Positions 9,423 through 18,175 of a DNA stretch of 64,000 nucleotides are shown one piece after another. Made by a program: the position numbers and the translations under genes. Source of the stretch: an uncultured Acidimicrobiia bacterium (GTDB lineage Bacteria; Actinomycetota; Acidimicrobiia; UBA2766); contig CAYJLW010000010.1 of NCBI GenBank assembly GCA_964370965.1, positions 4,227 to 68,226 of the forward strand, given 5' to 3'. The notes under the pieces were generated by a model, which searched no databases, was not told the DNA's origin, and saw only the letters and a list, made by a program, of their open reading frames with translations. How positions within the stretch are numbered: the stretch's first letter is position 1; the number at the start of each line of letters is the position of its first letter.

Positions 9423-9656
9423 ATGTCCGTGACCGTCGAACTCCCAGACGACATGCTGGCACGTCTGCAGGCCGAAGCCGCCCGCCGCGGGGTCAGCGTC
9501 GATGCGGTCATCACCGAGTTGGTCGCACAGCTCCCCGTAGACACACCCGCCCCGGCGAAACGGAACCTCGCGTTCATCGGGATGGGGGCATCGACCTCGG
9601 GGCGTCGTGCCCGTGATGCCGACGAGATGCTCGCCGAGGGATTCGGGCGCGACTGA
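9423..9656 (+). CDS. ribbon-helix-helix antitoxin (VapB-like)
   Basis: MSVTVELPDDMLARLQAEAARRGVSVDAVITELVAQ. Directly upstream of a PIN toxin. Confidence 0.6.
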   Translation: MSVTVELPDDMLARLQAEAARRGVSVDAVITELVAQLPVDTPAPAKRNLAFIGMGASTSGRRARDADEMLAEGFGRD

Positions 9657-9658
9657 GA

Positions 9659-10069
9659 GTGCTCATCGTTGACACCGGCGTCCTGCTCGCAGCGGCTGAC
9701 AACGCCGACCCCGACCACAAAGCCTGCGCCCAGCTTCTCGCCAAAGACGCCCGACCGCTTCTCACCACCCCGCTCGTGGTCGCCGAGACCGCCTATCTCA
9801 TCGGCCGCCAGCTCGGGCCGAAGGCCGAAGCCCGGTTCTTCCGCTCTGTCGCCAACGGCGACATCATTGTCCAGCCCCTCACACCCGACGACGACCGTCG
9901 CATCGCCGATCTCATCGACCAATACCTTGACCTGCCCCTCGGAGGCACCGACGCAAGCGTCATCGCCCTCGCCGAGCGTCTCGACCAGACCCGGGTCGCC
10001 ACGCTCGACCACCGCCACTTCGCGGTCGTGCGTCCCGCCCACCGCGACACCCTCGAACTCCTCCCGTGA
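9659..10069 (+). CDS. vapC: PIN-domain ribonuclease toxin VapC
   Basis: LIVDTGVLLAAADNADPDH...VVAETAYLI...DASVIALAERL. GTG start 3 nt after the antitoxin stop. Confidence 0.8.
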   Translation: MLIVDTGVLLAAADNADPDHKACAQLLAKDARPLLTTPLVVAETAYLIGRQLGPKAEARFFRSVANGDIIVQPLTPDDDRRIADLIDQYLDLPLGGTDASVIALAERLDQTRVATLDHRHFAVVRPAHRDTLELLP

Positions 10070-10182
10070 ACGCCGCGTGGATGTCCCCCAGTCCAGTGGA
10101 GTTGGGCGCGGTGCCGGCTGTGGGTGGGGACGCCGAGGGCCGTGAGGCAGCGGAGGAATCCCTCCCCCGATGGGCTGATGGT

Positions 10183-10887
10183 CTACGCCAGGCGCAAGAG
10201 GTGGAAGGCCTCGGCGTGAGCGAGTCCGGCGGCACGGCCCGTCTCGGCGGCCCGGGCGGGGAGCCACTCGGCGAACATGTCCCCGCCTTCGTCCAACTGG
10301 CTCCCGTGGCAGGCGATCGCCGCCACCTTGACCTCGAGGGTGTCGGTGACGTCCACGAAGGCGGTGGGCTCGAGGGTCCCCGACAGCAGCACGGCCGGAG
10401 TGGCGTGCGGGGGACCGCCCCGTCCGGGGTAGTAGTGGGCGTTGGGCGCCGCCCACGCCACGGCGTCCAGCGCGGCGGAACCCGTCACGCGGTGGTCGCG
10501 GTGATTCACGTACCCGTCACCGAAGACGAGCGCGCTGGGGTCCGGGCAGCACACCACGTCGGGCCGCACCGACCGCACGACCTCGACGATCTCCCCGATG
10601 AGCGCGGGGCCGGCGTCGATCTCGCCGTCGGCGTGACCGAGGCGGGTCGTACCCACGACACCGAGGATCTCCGCGGCTGCCAGCGTCTCCGCCCAGCGCA
10701 GGTCGGCGAGGTCCGCGGGCCCCAAACCGGCCGGCCCCGCGCCCTTGTCGCCGTTCGTGACGAGACAGACGTGCACTCGGGCCCCCGCACCTGCCCAGCG
10801 GGCCAGAGAAGCCCCGCAGGCGATCTCGGTGTCGTCGGGGTGGGCGTAGACGGCCAGGACCGCGCCCGGCGTGCCGTCGAAGATCAC
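10183..10887 (-). CDS. PIG-L/LmbE-family N-acetylglucosaminyl deacetylase
   Basis: AVYAHPDDTEIACGASLARWAGAG...VHVCLVTNGDKG. The start is a GTG that overlaps the pfkA stop. Confidence 0.7.
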   Translation of the reverse strand: MIFDGTPGAVLAVYAHPDDTEIACGASLARWAGAGARVHVCLVTNGDKGAGPAGLGPADLADLRWAETLAAAEILGVVGTTRLGHADGEIDAGPALIGEIVEVVRSVRPDVVCCPDPSALVFGDGYVNHRDHRVTGSAALDAVAWAAPNAHYYPGRGGPPHATPAVLLSGTLEPTAFVDVTDTLEVKVAAIACHGSQLDEGGDMFAEWLPARAAETGRAAGLAHAEAFHLLRLA

Positions 10888-10891
10888 GCCG

Positions 10892-11920
10892 TCATCCGAA
10901 GAACGTGCGGGCCAGCGCCCAGAGGTCGTCGTCGACTGTCTTGAGCGTGCCCACGGCCTCCTCCAGCGGGACCCTGACGATGTCGCCGCAGCGCAACGCC
11001 ACCATCTGGCCCCACGCTCCGGCATCGACGGCCTCGACCGCGGCGACGCCGAAACGGCTGGCGAGGAAACGGTCGAACGCCGTCGGGGTTCCTCCCCGTT
11101 GCACGTGACCCAGGATCGTCACGCGGGTCTCGTATCCGGTGCGCTCCTCGATCTCCCCCGCGATGACGTTGCCGATGCCGCCGAGTCGGACGTGACCGAA
11201 CTGGTCGGTGCCGGCCTCGGCGAGCGCCAGCGTCCCTTCCACGGGGGTGGCACCCTCGGCGATCACGACGATCGAGAACAGGGCGCCGTGCAGGTGCCGA
11301 TGACGGATGTGGCTGCACACCTCCTCGATGTCGAAGGGACGCTCCGGGACGATGATGACGTCCCCTCCCCCGGCGACCCCCGACCAGAGGGCGATCCAGC
11401 CGGCGTGGCGGCCCATGACCTCCACGACCATCACGCGGTCGTGGGACTCCGCCGTGGTGTGCAGCCGGTCGATCGCCTCCGTGGCGACCTGCACCGCAGT
11501 GTCGAAGCCGAACGTGAGCTCGGTGCCGGAGAGGTCGTTGTCGATGGTCTTCGGCACACCGACCACATGGACGCCGTCGCCGGCGAGCTTCGCGGCGACG
11601 CCGAGGGTGTCCTCGCCGCCGACGGCGATGAGGGCCTCGAGGTCGGCCACCTCGAGCTGGGAACGCACGCGCCCGAGACCGTCGGGCTCCCCGAGGGGAT
11701 TGGTGCGGCTCGTACCCAGGATGGTCCCCCCCCGGTGCAGGATGCCCCTGGTGTTCTCGAGCGTGAGCTCGTAGAAGTCGCCGTCGAGCACACCCCGCCA
11801 GCCATGGCGGAAGCCGAAGATGCGGTGGCCCTCCTGGCGGATCCCCTTGCGGGTGATCGCCCGGACAACCGCGTTGAGACCCGGGCAGTCGCCTCCGCCC
11901 GTGAGCACTCCGATGCGCAT
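10892..11920 (-). CDS. pfkA: ATP-dependent 6-phosphofructokinase
   Basis: MRIGVLTGGGDCPGLNAVVRA...GGEDTLGVA...MGRHAGWIAL. RBS GGGGGAGGG. Confidence 0.9.
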   Translation of the reverse strand: MRIGVLTGGGDCPGLNAVVRAITRKGIRQEGHRIFGFRHGWRGVLDGDFYELTLENTRGILHRGGTILGTSRTNPLGEPDGLGRVRSQLEVADLEALIAVGGEDTLGVAAKLAGDGVHVVGVPKTIDNDLSGTELTFGFDTAVQVATEAIDRLHTTAESHDRVMVVEVMGRHAGWIALWSGVAGGGDVIIVPERPFDIEEVCSHIRHRHLHGALFSIVVIAEGATPVEGTLALAEAGTDQFGHVRLGGIGNVIAGEIEERTGYETRVTILGHVQRGGTPTAFDRFLASRFGVAAVEAVDAGAWGQMVALRCGDIVRVPLEEAVGTLKTVDDDLWALARTFFG

Positions 11921-11966
11921 GGTCCCTCCCCCTGATCGGCAGGACGCAGATAGGATCTCCCCCACT

Positions 11967-13454
11967 ATGCCACCTGCGAGAGTGCTCTCGATCGACGCCG
12001 GCACCACAAGCGTCCGCTGCCTCGCCGTGGCCGGGGACGCCACGGTCACCGCCGTCGCGCAGCGCGAGTTCGCCCAGCACTACCCGCGCCCGGGTTGGGT
12101 GGAGCACGACGCCGACGAGATCTGGCGCCAGGTGCAGGCGACGATCGCCGACGTCCTCGCCCGTCCCGACGTCGACCCGTCCGCCGTCACCGGCGTCGGC
12201 ATCACGAACCAGCGCGAGACCGTCGTCGCCTGGAACCGCGCCACGGGCGAGGTCCTGGCACCGGCGATCGTGTGGCAGGACCGGCGCACGGCCGAGCGCT
12301 GCGCCGGCCTGCGGGCCGCGGGCGCCGAAGAGGAGATACGTGGCGCGACCGGTCTCGTCTGCGACCCGTACTTCAGCGGCACGAAGATCGAGTGGCTTCT
12401 CACCGAAGGCGGTGTCCCCCCGGGTCCCGACCTCGCCTTCGGCACGATCGACTCCTGGCTCGCGTACAAGCTCACCGGCGGCGCCGTCCACGTCACGGAT
12501 GCCTCGAATGCCTCGCGCACGCTGCTCTTCGACCTCGCCGCCGACGACTGGTCCGACGCGCAACTCGCCCGCTTCGGCGTGCCCCGGAGCACCCTGCCCA
12601 CCGTCGTCGACTCCAGCGGGGCCGTGGGCGTCACCGACCCGGGGGTCTGTGCCGGTCTCGCCGTCCCGGTGGCCGGAATGGCGGGCGACCAGCAGTCGGC
12701 CCTCTTCGGCCAGGCCTGCTTCGAACCGGGCATGTCGAAGAACACGTACGGCACGGGCAGCTTCGTCCTCACGAACGCCGGCACGGCCCCGCCGCCCCCC
12801 ACGCCCCTGCTCCTCTCCACCGTCGCCTGGAGGCTCGGCGGCACCACGACCTACGCGCTCGAGGGGTCGATCTTCGTGACGGGGGCGGCGATCCAGTGGC
12901 TGAGGGACCGGGCGGGGGTGATCGAGGCCGCCCCGGACACGGGCCCGCTCGCCGCCGGTGTCGCCGACGCCGGGGGGGTCGTCGTCGTCCCGGCCTTCGC
13001 CGGTCTCGGGGCCCCGTACTGGAACCCCGACGCCCGGGGGGCGGTCTTCGGCCTCACGCGCGGCTCCCATCGGGCCCATCTCGTGAGGGCCGTCGTGGAG
13101 TCGATGGCCCACCAGACCCGCGACGTCGTCGAGGCCATGAACGGCGTCCTCGCCGAACCCGTCGCCGAGCTCCGCGTCGACGGCGGGGCGTCGGTGATGG
13201 ACGTCCTCTGCCAACTCCAGGCCGACCAGCTCGGCATCGACGTGGTGCGACCGGCGAGCCCCGAGACCACCGCACTCGGAGCGGCGTTCCTGGCCGGCCT
13301 CGCGACGGGCGTGTGGGGGTCGTTGGCGGAGGTCGCCGGGGCCTGGCAGGAGGCCGCCCGCTTCCACCCGGCCGCCGACCGCGGCCCGGCCGACGCCTCC
13401 CACGCTCTCTGGCGCCGCGCCGTGGAACGCGTGCTCGCCTTCGCCGGGAGCTGA
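11967..13454 (+). CDS. glpK: glycerol kinase
   Basis: LSIDAGTTSVRCLAV...GITNQRETVVAWNRATGE...FGTIDSWLAYKLTGG. Confidence 0.9.
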   Translation: MPPARVLSIDAGTTSVRCLAVAGDATVTAVAQREFAQHYPRPGWVEHDADEIWRQVQATIADVLARPDVDPSAVTGVGITNQRETVVAWNRATGEVLAPAIVWQDRRTAERCAGLRAAGAEEEIRGATGLVCDPYFSGTKIEWLLTEGGVPPGPDLAFGTIDSWLAYKLTGGAVHVTDASNASRTLLFDLAADDWSDAQLARFGVPRSTLPTVVDSSGAVGVTDPGVCAGLAVPVAGMAGDQQSALFGQACFEPGMSKNTYGTGSFVLTNAGTAPPPPTPLLLSTVAWRLGGTTTYALEGSIFVTGAAIQWLRDRAGVIEAAPDTGPLAAGVADAGGVVVVPAFAGLGAPYWNPDARGAVFGLTRGSHRAHLVRAVVESMAHQTRDVVEAMNGVLAEPVAELRVDGGASVMDVLCQLQADQLGIDVVRPASPETTALGAAFLAGLATGVWGSLAEVAGAWQEAARFHPAADRGPADASHALWRRAVERVLAFAGS

Positions 13455-13478
13455 CCCGGGGCCGGGCGGGACCCGGAC

Positions 13479-14384
13479 TCAGTCCAGCGGGGTCACGTTG
13501 CGGGTGCGGCGCCCGAAGCTCTGGCACCAGGCCTCGCTCTCGTGCCAGATGTCGACGCGATTCCCCCTGATGGCCCCGCCGGTGTCCTCGGCAGTGAAAG
13601 TGCCGAGGCCCTCGATCTGGAAGTGGGAGCGCAGCGGGATCACGGCCGGGTCCACCGCTGCCGTCCCCGCGTGCGGCTTCGTGCCCGTGGCGGTGCTCCC
13701 GCCCCCCGAGTAGCAGGTGACCACGAAGGCGCTCCCGGTGCCGCCGGGCGGGGAGGCGCTCTGTGCGGGGGACGGCGCGGCCGCCGTGCGCGCCGCCGGC
13801 GCTGGGCCCGATGTGGCGGCCGGGGGGGTCGTGGTGGACGCCGCCGCCATGGCCCGCACGAGGAGACGGCGCTGCTCGGCCTGGCCACTCGCGAGATCAC
13901 GACGCGAGGTCTCCAGCTGGGAGAGACGCTGCGTCTCGCTCCTCTCGAGATCCGCGAGGCGGGCCCGTGCGATCTCGGCGTCCTCGACGGCGCCACGCAG
14001 GGCGTCGAGGCCGGCCTCCTGGCGCCGCGTCACGGAAGACGCGTAGCTCACGCGCAGGGCGAGGTCGTCGGGGCTCTCCGAGAGCAGCACCATGGCGAAG
14101 TAGTGGTCACCGCCGTGCTTGTAGGCGTCGACGGCCAGGGAACGCACGACGGCGGCGGACTCCTGTCGCCGCCGTCGGGCAGACGCGAGCTCCGATTCCG
14201 ACCTCTCACGCGCCGCCCTCACGCGGGCAAGGCGCCCACGGGTCTCCTCCAGGTCGCCCACGACGCCGGCGAGACGGCGGTCGATCTCCGCGAGCCGATC
14301 CCGCGGGGATGCGGCCGCGACGGGCACCCCGGGGAGGAGCCCGAGAGCGAGGGTGGCGAGCAGGAGCGCGGCGGTACGTCGCAT
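13479..14384 (-). CDS. secreted coiled-coil protein with C-terminal 3D (MltA-like) domain, probable cell-wall remodelling factor
   Basis: Signal peptide MRRTAALLLATLALGLL. Long coiled coil. C-terminal 3D motif GTAAVDPAVIPLRS...EDTGGAIRGNRVDIW. Confidence 0.65.
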   Translation of the reverse strand: MRRTAALLLATLALGLLPGVPVAAASPRDRLAEIDRRLAGVVGDLEETRGRLARVRAARERSESELASARRRRQESAAVVRSLAVDAYKHGGDHYFAMVLLSESPDDLALRVSYASSVTRRQEAGLDALRGAVEDAEIARARLADLERSETQRLSQLETSRRDLASGQAEQRRLLVRAMAAASTTTPPAATSGPAPAARTAAAPSPAQSASPPGGTGSAFVVTCYSGGGSTATGTKPHAGTAAVDPAVIPLRSHFQIEGLGTFTAEDTGGAIRGNRVDIWHESEAWCQSFGRRTRNVTPLD

Positions 14385-14487
14385 GGGAAGGGGGGGCACA
14401 AGAAAGCCCGCATACGTTGCGGGCCGGGGCAAACCCTAGCAACCCCGCCCGGCCATGGTCCACATGCACGGAGCCGCGCCCCCCGGG

Positions 14488-15282
14488 CTATGCAGCCGCG
14501 CGGGCCGTCTTCGCCTCCGGCGCCCCGGGCGGGGCCCCGTCGGCGCTCCGGCTGGCATAGCGGTCGGTGTACTCCTGGCCCGAGAGCTGCGCTATCTCGT
14601 ACATGAGCTCGTCGACGAGGGCGCGGCACGCCCGTCGCTGGTCCGGCCAGCTCCGGTACTTGTCGACGTCGACCGGTGTGCCGAAACGGACCAGGAGAGG
14701 CTTGCGCAGCCGTGGCATCGTCCGCCCCTTGGGCTGGATGTCACGGCTGCCCACGATGCCCACCGGGACGAGAGGCGCTCCGGTCTCGAGGGCGAGACGG
14801 GCGACCCCGGTGCGTCCCCGGTGGAGGCGGCCGTCGGGAGAGCGGGTGCCCTCGGGGTAGATGCCGAACAGGCCACCGTGGAGGAGGACCTCCTTGGCCG
14901 CCATGAGCGCCCCCTGGCTGGCGTCACCGCCCTCGCGCCGGATCGGGATCTGACCCACGCCCGTGAAGAACCACCGCGTCTTCCACGAATCGAAGTACTC
15001 CGCCTTCGCCACGTACGTCACGCGCCGGCGCAGCAGGGACGGCAGAAACAGGGAATCGAGGAAGGCGAGGTGGTTCGCCGCCAGGATCGCCGGCCCCCTC
15101 TGGGGGACGTTCTCGATGCCCTCCACACGCGTGGGCCACAGCGCCCGCAGGATCGGGGTCAGGATCGCCTTCATGATCCAGTAGAACACGGCCCCCTGCG
15201 TCTCCTCTTGGCCTGCCCCATGTCGGGGCCCGTCACGAACCGGGCGTAGACTCCCACCGTAGCCGTTCCGGAACCACTGCAT
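14488..15282 (-). CDS. plsC: 1-acyl-sn-glycerol-3-phosphate acyltransferase
   Basis: AANHLAFLDS (HxxxxD variant), FTGVGQIPIRR, GIYPEGTRS. Start is uncertain; an alternative ATG is at 15174. Confidence 0.7.
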   Translation of the reverse strand: MQWFRNGYGGSLRPVRDGPRHGAGQEETQGAVFYWIMKAILTPILRALWPTRVEGIENVPQRGPAILAANHLAFLDSLFLPSLLRRRVTYVAKAEYFDSWKTRWFFTGVGQIPIRREGGDASQGALMAAKEVLLHGGLFGIYPEGTRSPDGRLHRGRTGVARLALETGAPLVPVGIVGSRDIQPKGRTMPRLRKPLLVRFGTPVDVDKYRSWPDQRRACRALVDELMYEIAQLSGQEYTDRYASRSADGAPPGAPEAKTARAAA

Positions 15283-15724
15283 GATCCCGTACGACAGCTT
15301 CCTCATCGACCCTCCCTGGCTCCTCGTCAACGGCCTTCTCATCGGCCGCTACGTCCGCAGCCGCGCCCTGCGTTCCCTCGCTGGGGGTGCCACGGTGGCT
15401 GCCTTCGTCGTCACCTCAGTGAGCCTGTACTTCGACGCCCGCTGGACGGATTGGATCGTGCGCCTCTGTCGCGCCCGCTCGGGGCGCGACTGGATGCTGA
15501 ACTCCGGCGTCTTCAACTTCGAGTTCGAGAACGTGGGCTGGCGGACGCACGCCGTGTCGGCTCTCCTCTTCGCCACCTACCCCCTCTGGCTGGTCTTGGG
15601 GGTACGCGCCGGCGTCGCGCTCCGCCGCCGCGTCGAAGATCGCGACGGCACCGGGCCCGACGAAGCCGCGAGCGCCCCCGGGCCCTCGACGCCCCTCCCC
15701 CGAACCGTCACGTCGTCGGGCTAG
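15281..15724 (+). CDS. hypothetical membrane protein
   Basis: Three hydrophobic segments. Divergent from plsC. Weak evidence. Confidence 0.3.
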   Translation: MIPYDSFLIDPPWLLVNGLLIGRYVRSRALRSLAGGATVAAFVVTSVSLYFDARWTDWIVRLCRARSGRDWMLNSGVFNFEFENVGWRTHAVSALLFATYPLWLVLGVRAGVALRRRVEDRDGTGPDEAASAPGPSTPLPRTVTSSG

Positions 15725-15730
15725 CGGCGC

Positions 15731-16633
15731 TTGTCACCTGAAGGCCCCGCACCACCGCCAGGGAGGCGCCGCCTCCTCGTGCGGAGGCGGCGCCGCGAGG
15801 ACCCGCTCCCGCCCGGTGTCCCCGTCAACGGGGACGGCCCCGGCCAGGGCGGACCGACCGTCGAGACGGAGTCCCCCCCGCGAACGGACCAGGGCGTCTG
15901 GGTGGCGGGGCGCACCCCCGTGGGCGTGGTGCTCCTGCACGACCTCGGCGCCACGCCGGCAGGGCTGCGCACGATCATGCAGTCCCTGGTCGGCGAGGGC
16001 GCCTGGGTCGCCGCCCCGCTCCTCCCGGGCCACGGCGCCGACCCGTCTCGGCTGAGTCACCATGGCGTGGCGGACTGGCTCGCCGCCGCCGACAACGCCG
16101 TCATCGCTCTGCGGTCGAAGGTGCCCCACGTGCTCCTGATGGGTTGCGGCCTCGGCGGCGCGCTGGCGGTGGTCACCAGCGCCCGGCGAAGCGATCAGGT
16201 GGCCGGCCTCGTCACCGTCTCGGCGCCGGCGCGCACCTTCTCCCGCCGGCGCCTCCTGTACGCCACCTACGGTCGCCTGGTGCGCCGCATGTCGCCGCTC
16301 GGCCCCGACGTGAAGCGGGCCGACGCCCAGGAGCCTCTCGCCGACTGGCTGCCCGCCCGTGCCTACACGGCCCTCGCGGCTGCCGAGCGCATGGCGTGGG
16401 CGGCCGCCCCCCATGTGTCCTGCCGCTCGCTCGTCATCCAGCCCCGTGAGGACCACGTCGTGAGACCGACGGACGCCACAGCGCTGTGCGACCGCCTCGG
16501 CACCCCGACGAAGGAGCTCCTCTGGCTGGAACGCTCCTTCCACCAGGCCTGGATCGACCACGACGGCGCCCTGCTCACCGACCACGTCACCATGGTGGTC
16601 CTCCGACTCCGAGAGAGCGGCGCCCTCAGGTGA
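15731..16633 (+). CDS. alpha/beta-hydrolase-fold protein (esterase-like)
   Basis: VVLLHDLGATPAG...LLPGHG...VLLMGCGLGGALAV. The nucleophile-elbow position carries G/C rather than Ser. Start is uncertain. Confidence 0.5.
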   Translation: MSPEGPAPPPGRRRLLVRRRRREDPLPPGVPVNGDGPGQGGPTVETESPPRTDQGVWVAGRTPVGVVLLHDLGATPAGLRTIMQSLVGEGAWVAAPLLPGHGADPSRLSHHGVADWLAAADNAVIALRSKVPHVLLMGCGLGGALAVVTSARRSDQVAGLVTVSAPARTFSRRRLLYATYGRLVRRMSPLGPDVKRADAQEPLADWLPARAYTALAAAERMAWAAAPHVSCRSLVIQPREDHVVRPTDATALCDRLGTPTKELLWLERSFHQAWIDHDGALLTDHVTMVVLRLRESGALR

Positions 16634-17429
16634 CGCGGACCTCGTCGATCCCGGGCGGAGGTGGCGGCGGCTCGGGGTCGAGACGTTCGAGCAGGTCTAC
16701 GAGGAGTCCCGCGACGGCGTAGTTGCGGACGTACTTGTGGTTCGCCGGGACGACGTACCAGGGAGCCCATCGCGTGGAGGTCTCCGTGAGAGCCTCGTCG
16801 TAGGCGACGGCGAAGTCGTCCCAGCGCCTGCGGTCCTCGAGGTCTTCCTGCCGGAACTTCCACGTCTTGTCGGGCTCTTCGAGGCGGGCCTCCAGGCGGG
16901 CCTTCTGCTCTTCCCTGGAGATGTGCAGGAAAACCTTCAGCATGCTCGTGCCCTCGTCGACGAGCATGCGCTCGAATTCCCTGATGTGGTGGTAGCGACG
17001 CCTCCAGACGGCCTCGGGGGCGAGGTTGCGGACCCGGACGGCGACGACGTCTTCGTAGTGCGAACGGTTGAATATCCCGATCTGGCCCCGTTGCGGGCAG
17101 CGGGCGTGGACACGCCAGAGGTAGTCGTGGGCAAGCTCGCCGTCACTGGGTGCTTTGAAGGACGCCACCTCGCAACCCTGCGGGTTCACGCCCGTGAACA
17201 CCTTGCGTATCGCGCCGTCCTTGCCGGCTGTGTCCATGCCCTGGAGGACGAGGAGGACACTGCGGCGTTCCTCTGACCAGAGCCGGTTCTGGAGGGCGCT
17301 GAGGCGCTCGATGCGTTCGTCGAGACGCGAGGTGACGGAATCCTTGGTCCCCAGGCCGAGGCGGTCGTCCGGACTCCGGCCCCGGAGTCCGGCCTCCGCC
17401 CCGGGCGCCACCATGAGCTCGTCGAGCAT
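16626..17429 (-). CDS. polyphosphate kinase 2 family (PPK2)
   Basis: LLVLQGMDTAGKDGAIRKVFTGVNPQG, IFNRSHYEDV, KVFLHISREEQ. An alternative start at 17537 would share CCATGG with the TetR gene start. Confidence 0.75.
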   Translation of the reverse strand: MLDELMVAPGAEAGLRGRSPDDRLGLGTKDSVTSRLDERIERLSALQNRLWSEERRSVLLVLQGMDTAGKDGAIRKVFTGVNPQGCEVASFKAPSDGELAHDYLWRVHARCPQRGQIGIFNRSHYEDVVAVRVRNLAPEAVWRRRYHHIREFERMLVDEGTSMLKVFLHISREEQKARLEARLEEPDKTWKFRQEDLEDRRRWDDFAVAYDEALTETSTRWAPWYVVPANHKYVRNYAVAGLLVDLLERLDPEPPPPPPGIDEVRVT

Positions 17430-17535
17430 GTCGCATGATATCGAGGGAGGGACGCCATCCCCGGGCGGGGGCGGACCGCCCTCGCTCCCGCCCTGGTTCT
17501 TGACCGCCCGGTCAAGAGGTCCATAGCCTGAGACC

Positions 17536-18150
17536 ATGTCGACCGGAACCGAGCGCCGCCTCACCCCCCGTGGCCGGGAACGCCGCGGGCAACTCATGGC
17601 GACCGCCACGCAGCTCTTCGCCGAGCAGGGATACCACGACACCTCGGTGGCCGAGGTCGTGAGCGAGCTCGGCGTGGGCAAGGGTGTCTTCTACTGGTAC
17701 TTCGACTCCAAGGAAGCCCTCTTCCTGTCGCTCCTCCTGGAGGGCCTCCGCGGGTTGCGGCGGGCACAGCAGCGGGCCATCGAGGGCGAGGTGAACCCCG
17801 TGGAGCGCGTGGTCAGGGGCATCCGGGCGTCGATCGACTTCCTCGCCGGTCACCCGCACCTGTTCAAGCTCTTCGAGTTCGCTGCCACCGACTCCCGCTT
17901 CGCCCCCGACCTCCAGGCAGGCATCGAGGTCGCCGTGGCGGACACTGTGCGGCACCTGAAGGACGCCGTCGTCGAGGACCGCATCCCCGACACCGACCCC
18001 TACTTCATCGCCCACGGCATAGTGACGATCACGATGTACTTCGCCCGCCGCTTCTTCATCCCAGCGGGCCCCCGCCCCGACGTCGCCCACAACAAGGTCG
18101 TACAGGCGGCCGTGGACTTCTGCCTGCACGGCATGGGCGTGCAGTCCTGA
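17536..18150 (+). CDS. TetR-family transcriptional regulator
   Basis: RGQLMATATQLFAEQGYHDTSVAEVVSELGVGKGVFYWYFDSKEALF. Confidence 0.8.
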   Translation: MSTGTERRLTPRGRERRGQLMATATQLFAEQGYHDTSVAEVVSELGVGKGVFYWYFDSKEALFLSLLLEGLRGLRRAQQRAIEGEVNPVERVVRGIRASIDFLAGHPHLFKLFEFAATDSRFAPDLQAGIEVAVADTVRHLKDAVVEDRIPDTDPYFIAHGIVTITMYFARRFFIPAGPRPDVAHNKVVQAAVDFCLHGMGVQS

Positions 18151-18175
18151 CGGGAAGTCGCCCCGGCCCCGGAGC

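Noticed and set aside
10884-13403. 839-aa minus-strand ORF
   Set aside because: Antisense to glpK and overlaps pfkA out of frame. Arg/Gly-rich.
17535-17538. PPK2 start at 17537 sharing CCATGG with the TetR start
   Set aside because: Two genes sharing overlapping divergent start codons is implausible. The PPK2 start at the downstream ATG (17429) still gives a full-length PPK2 domain.
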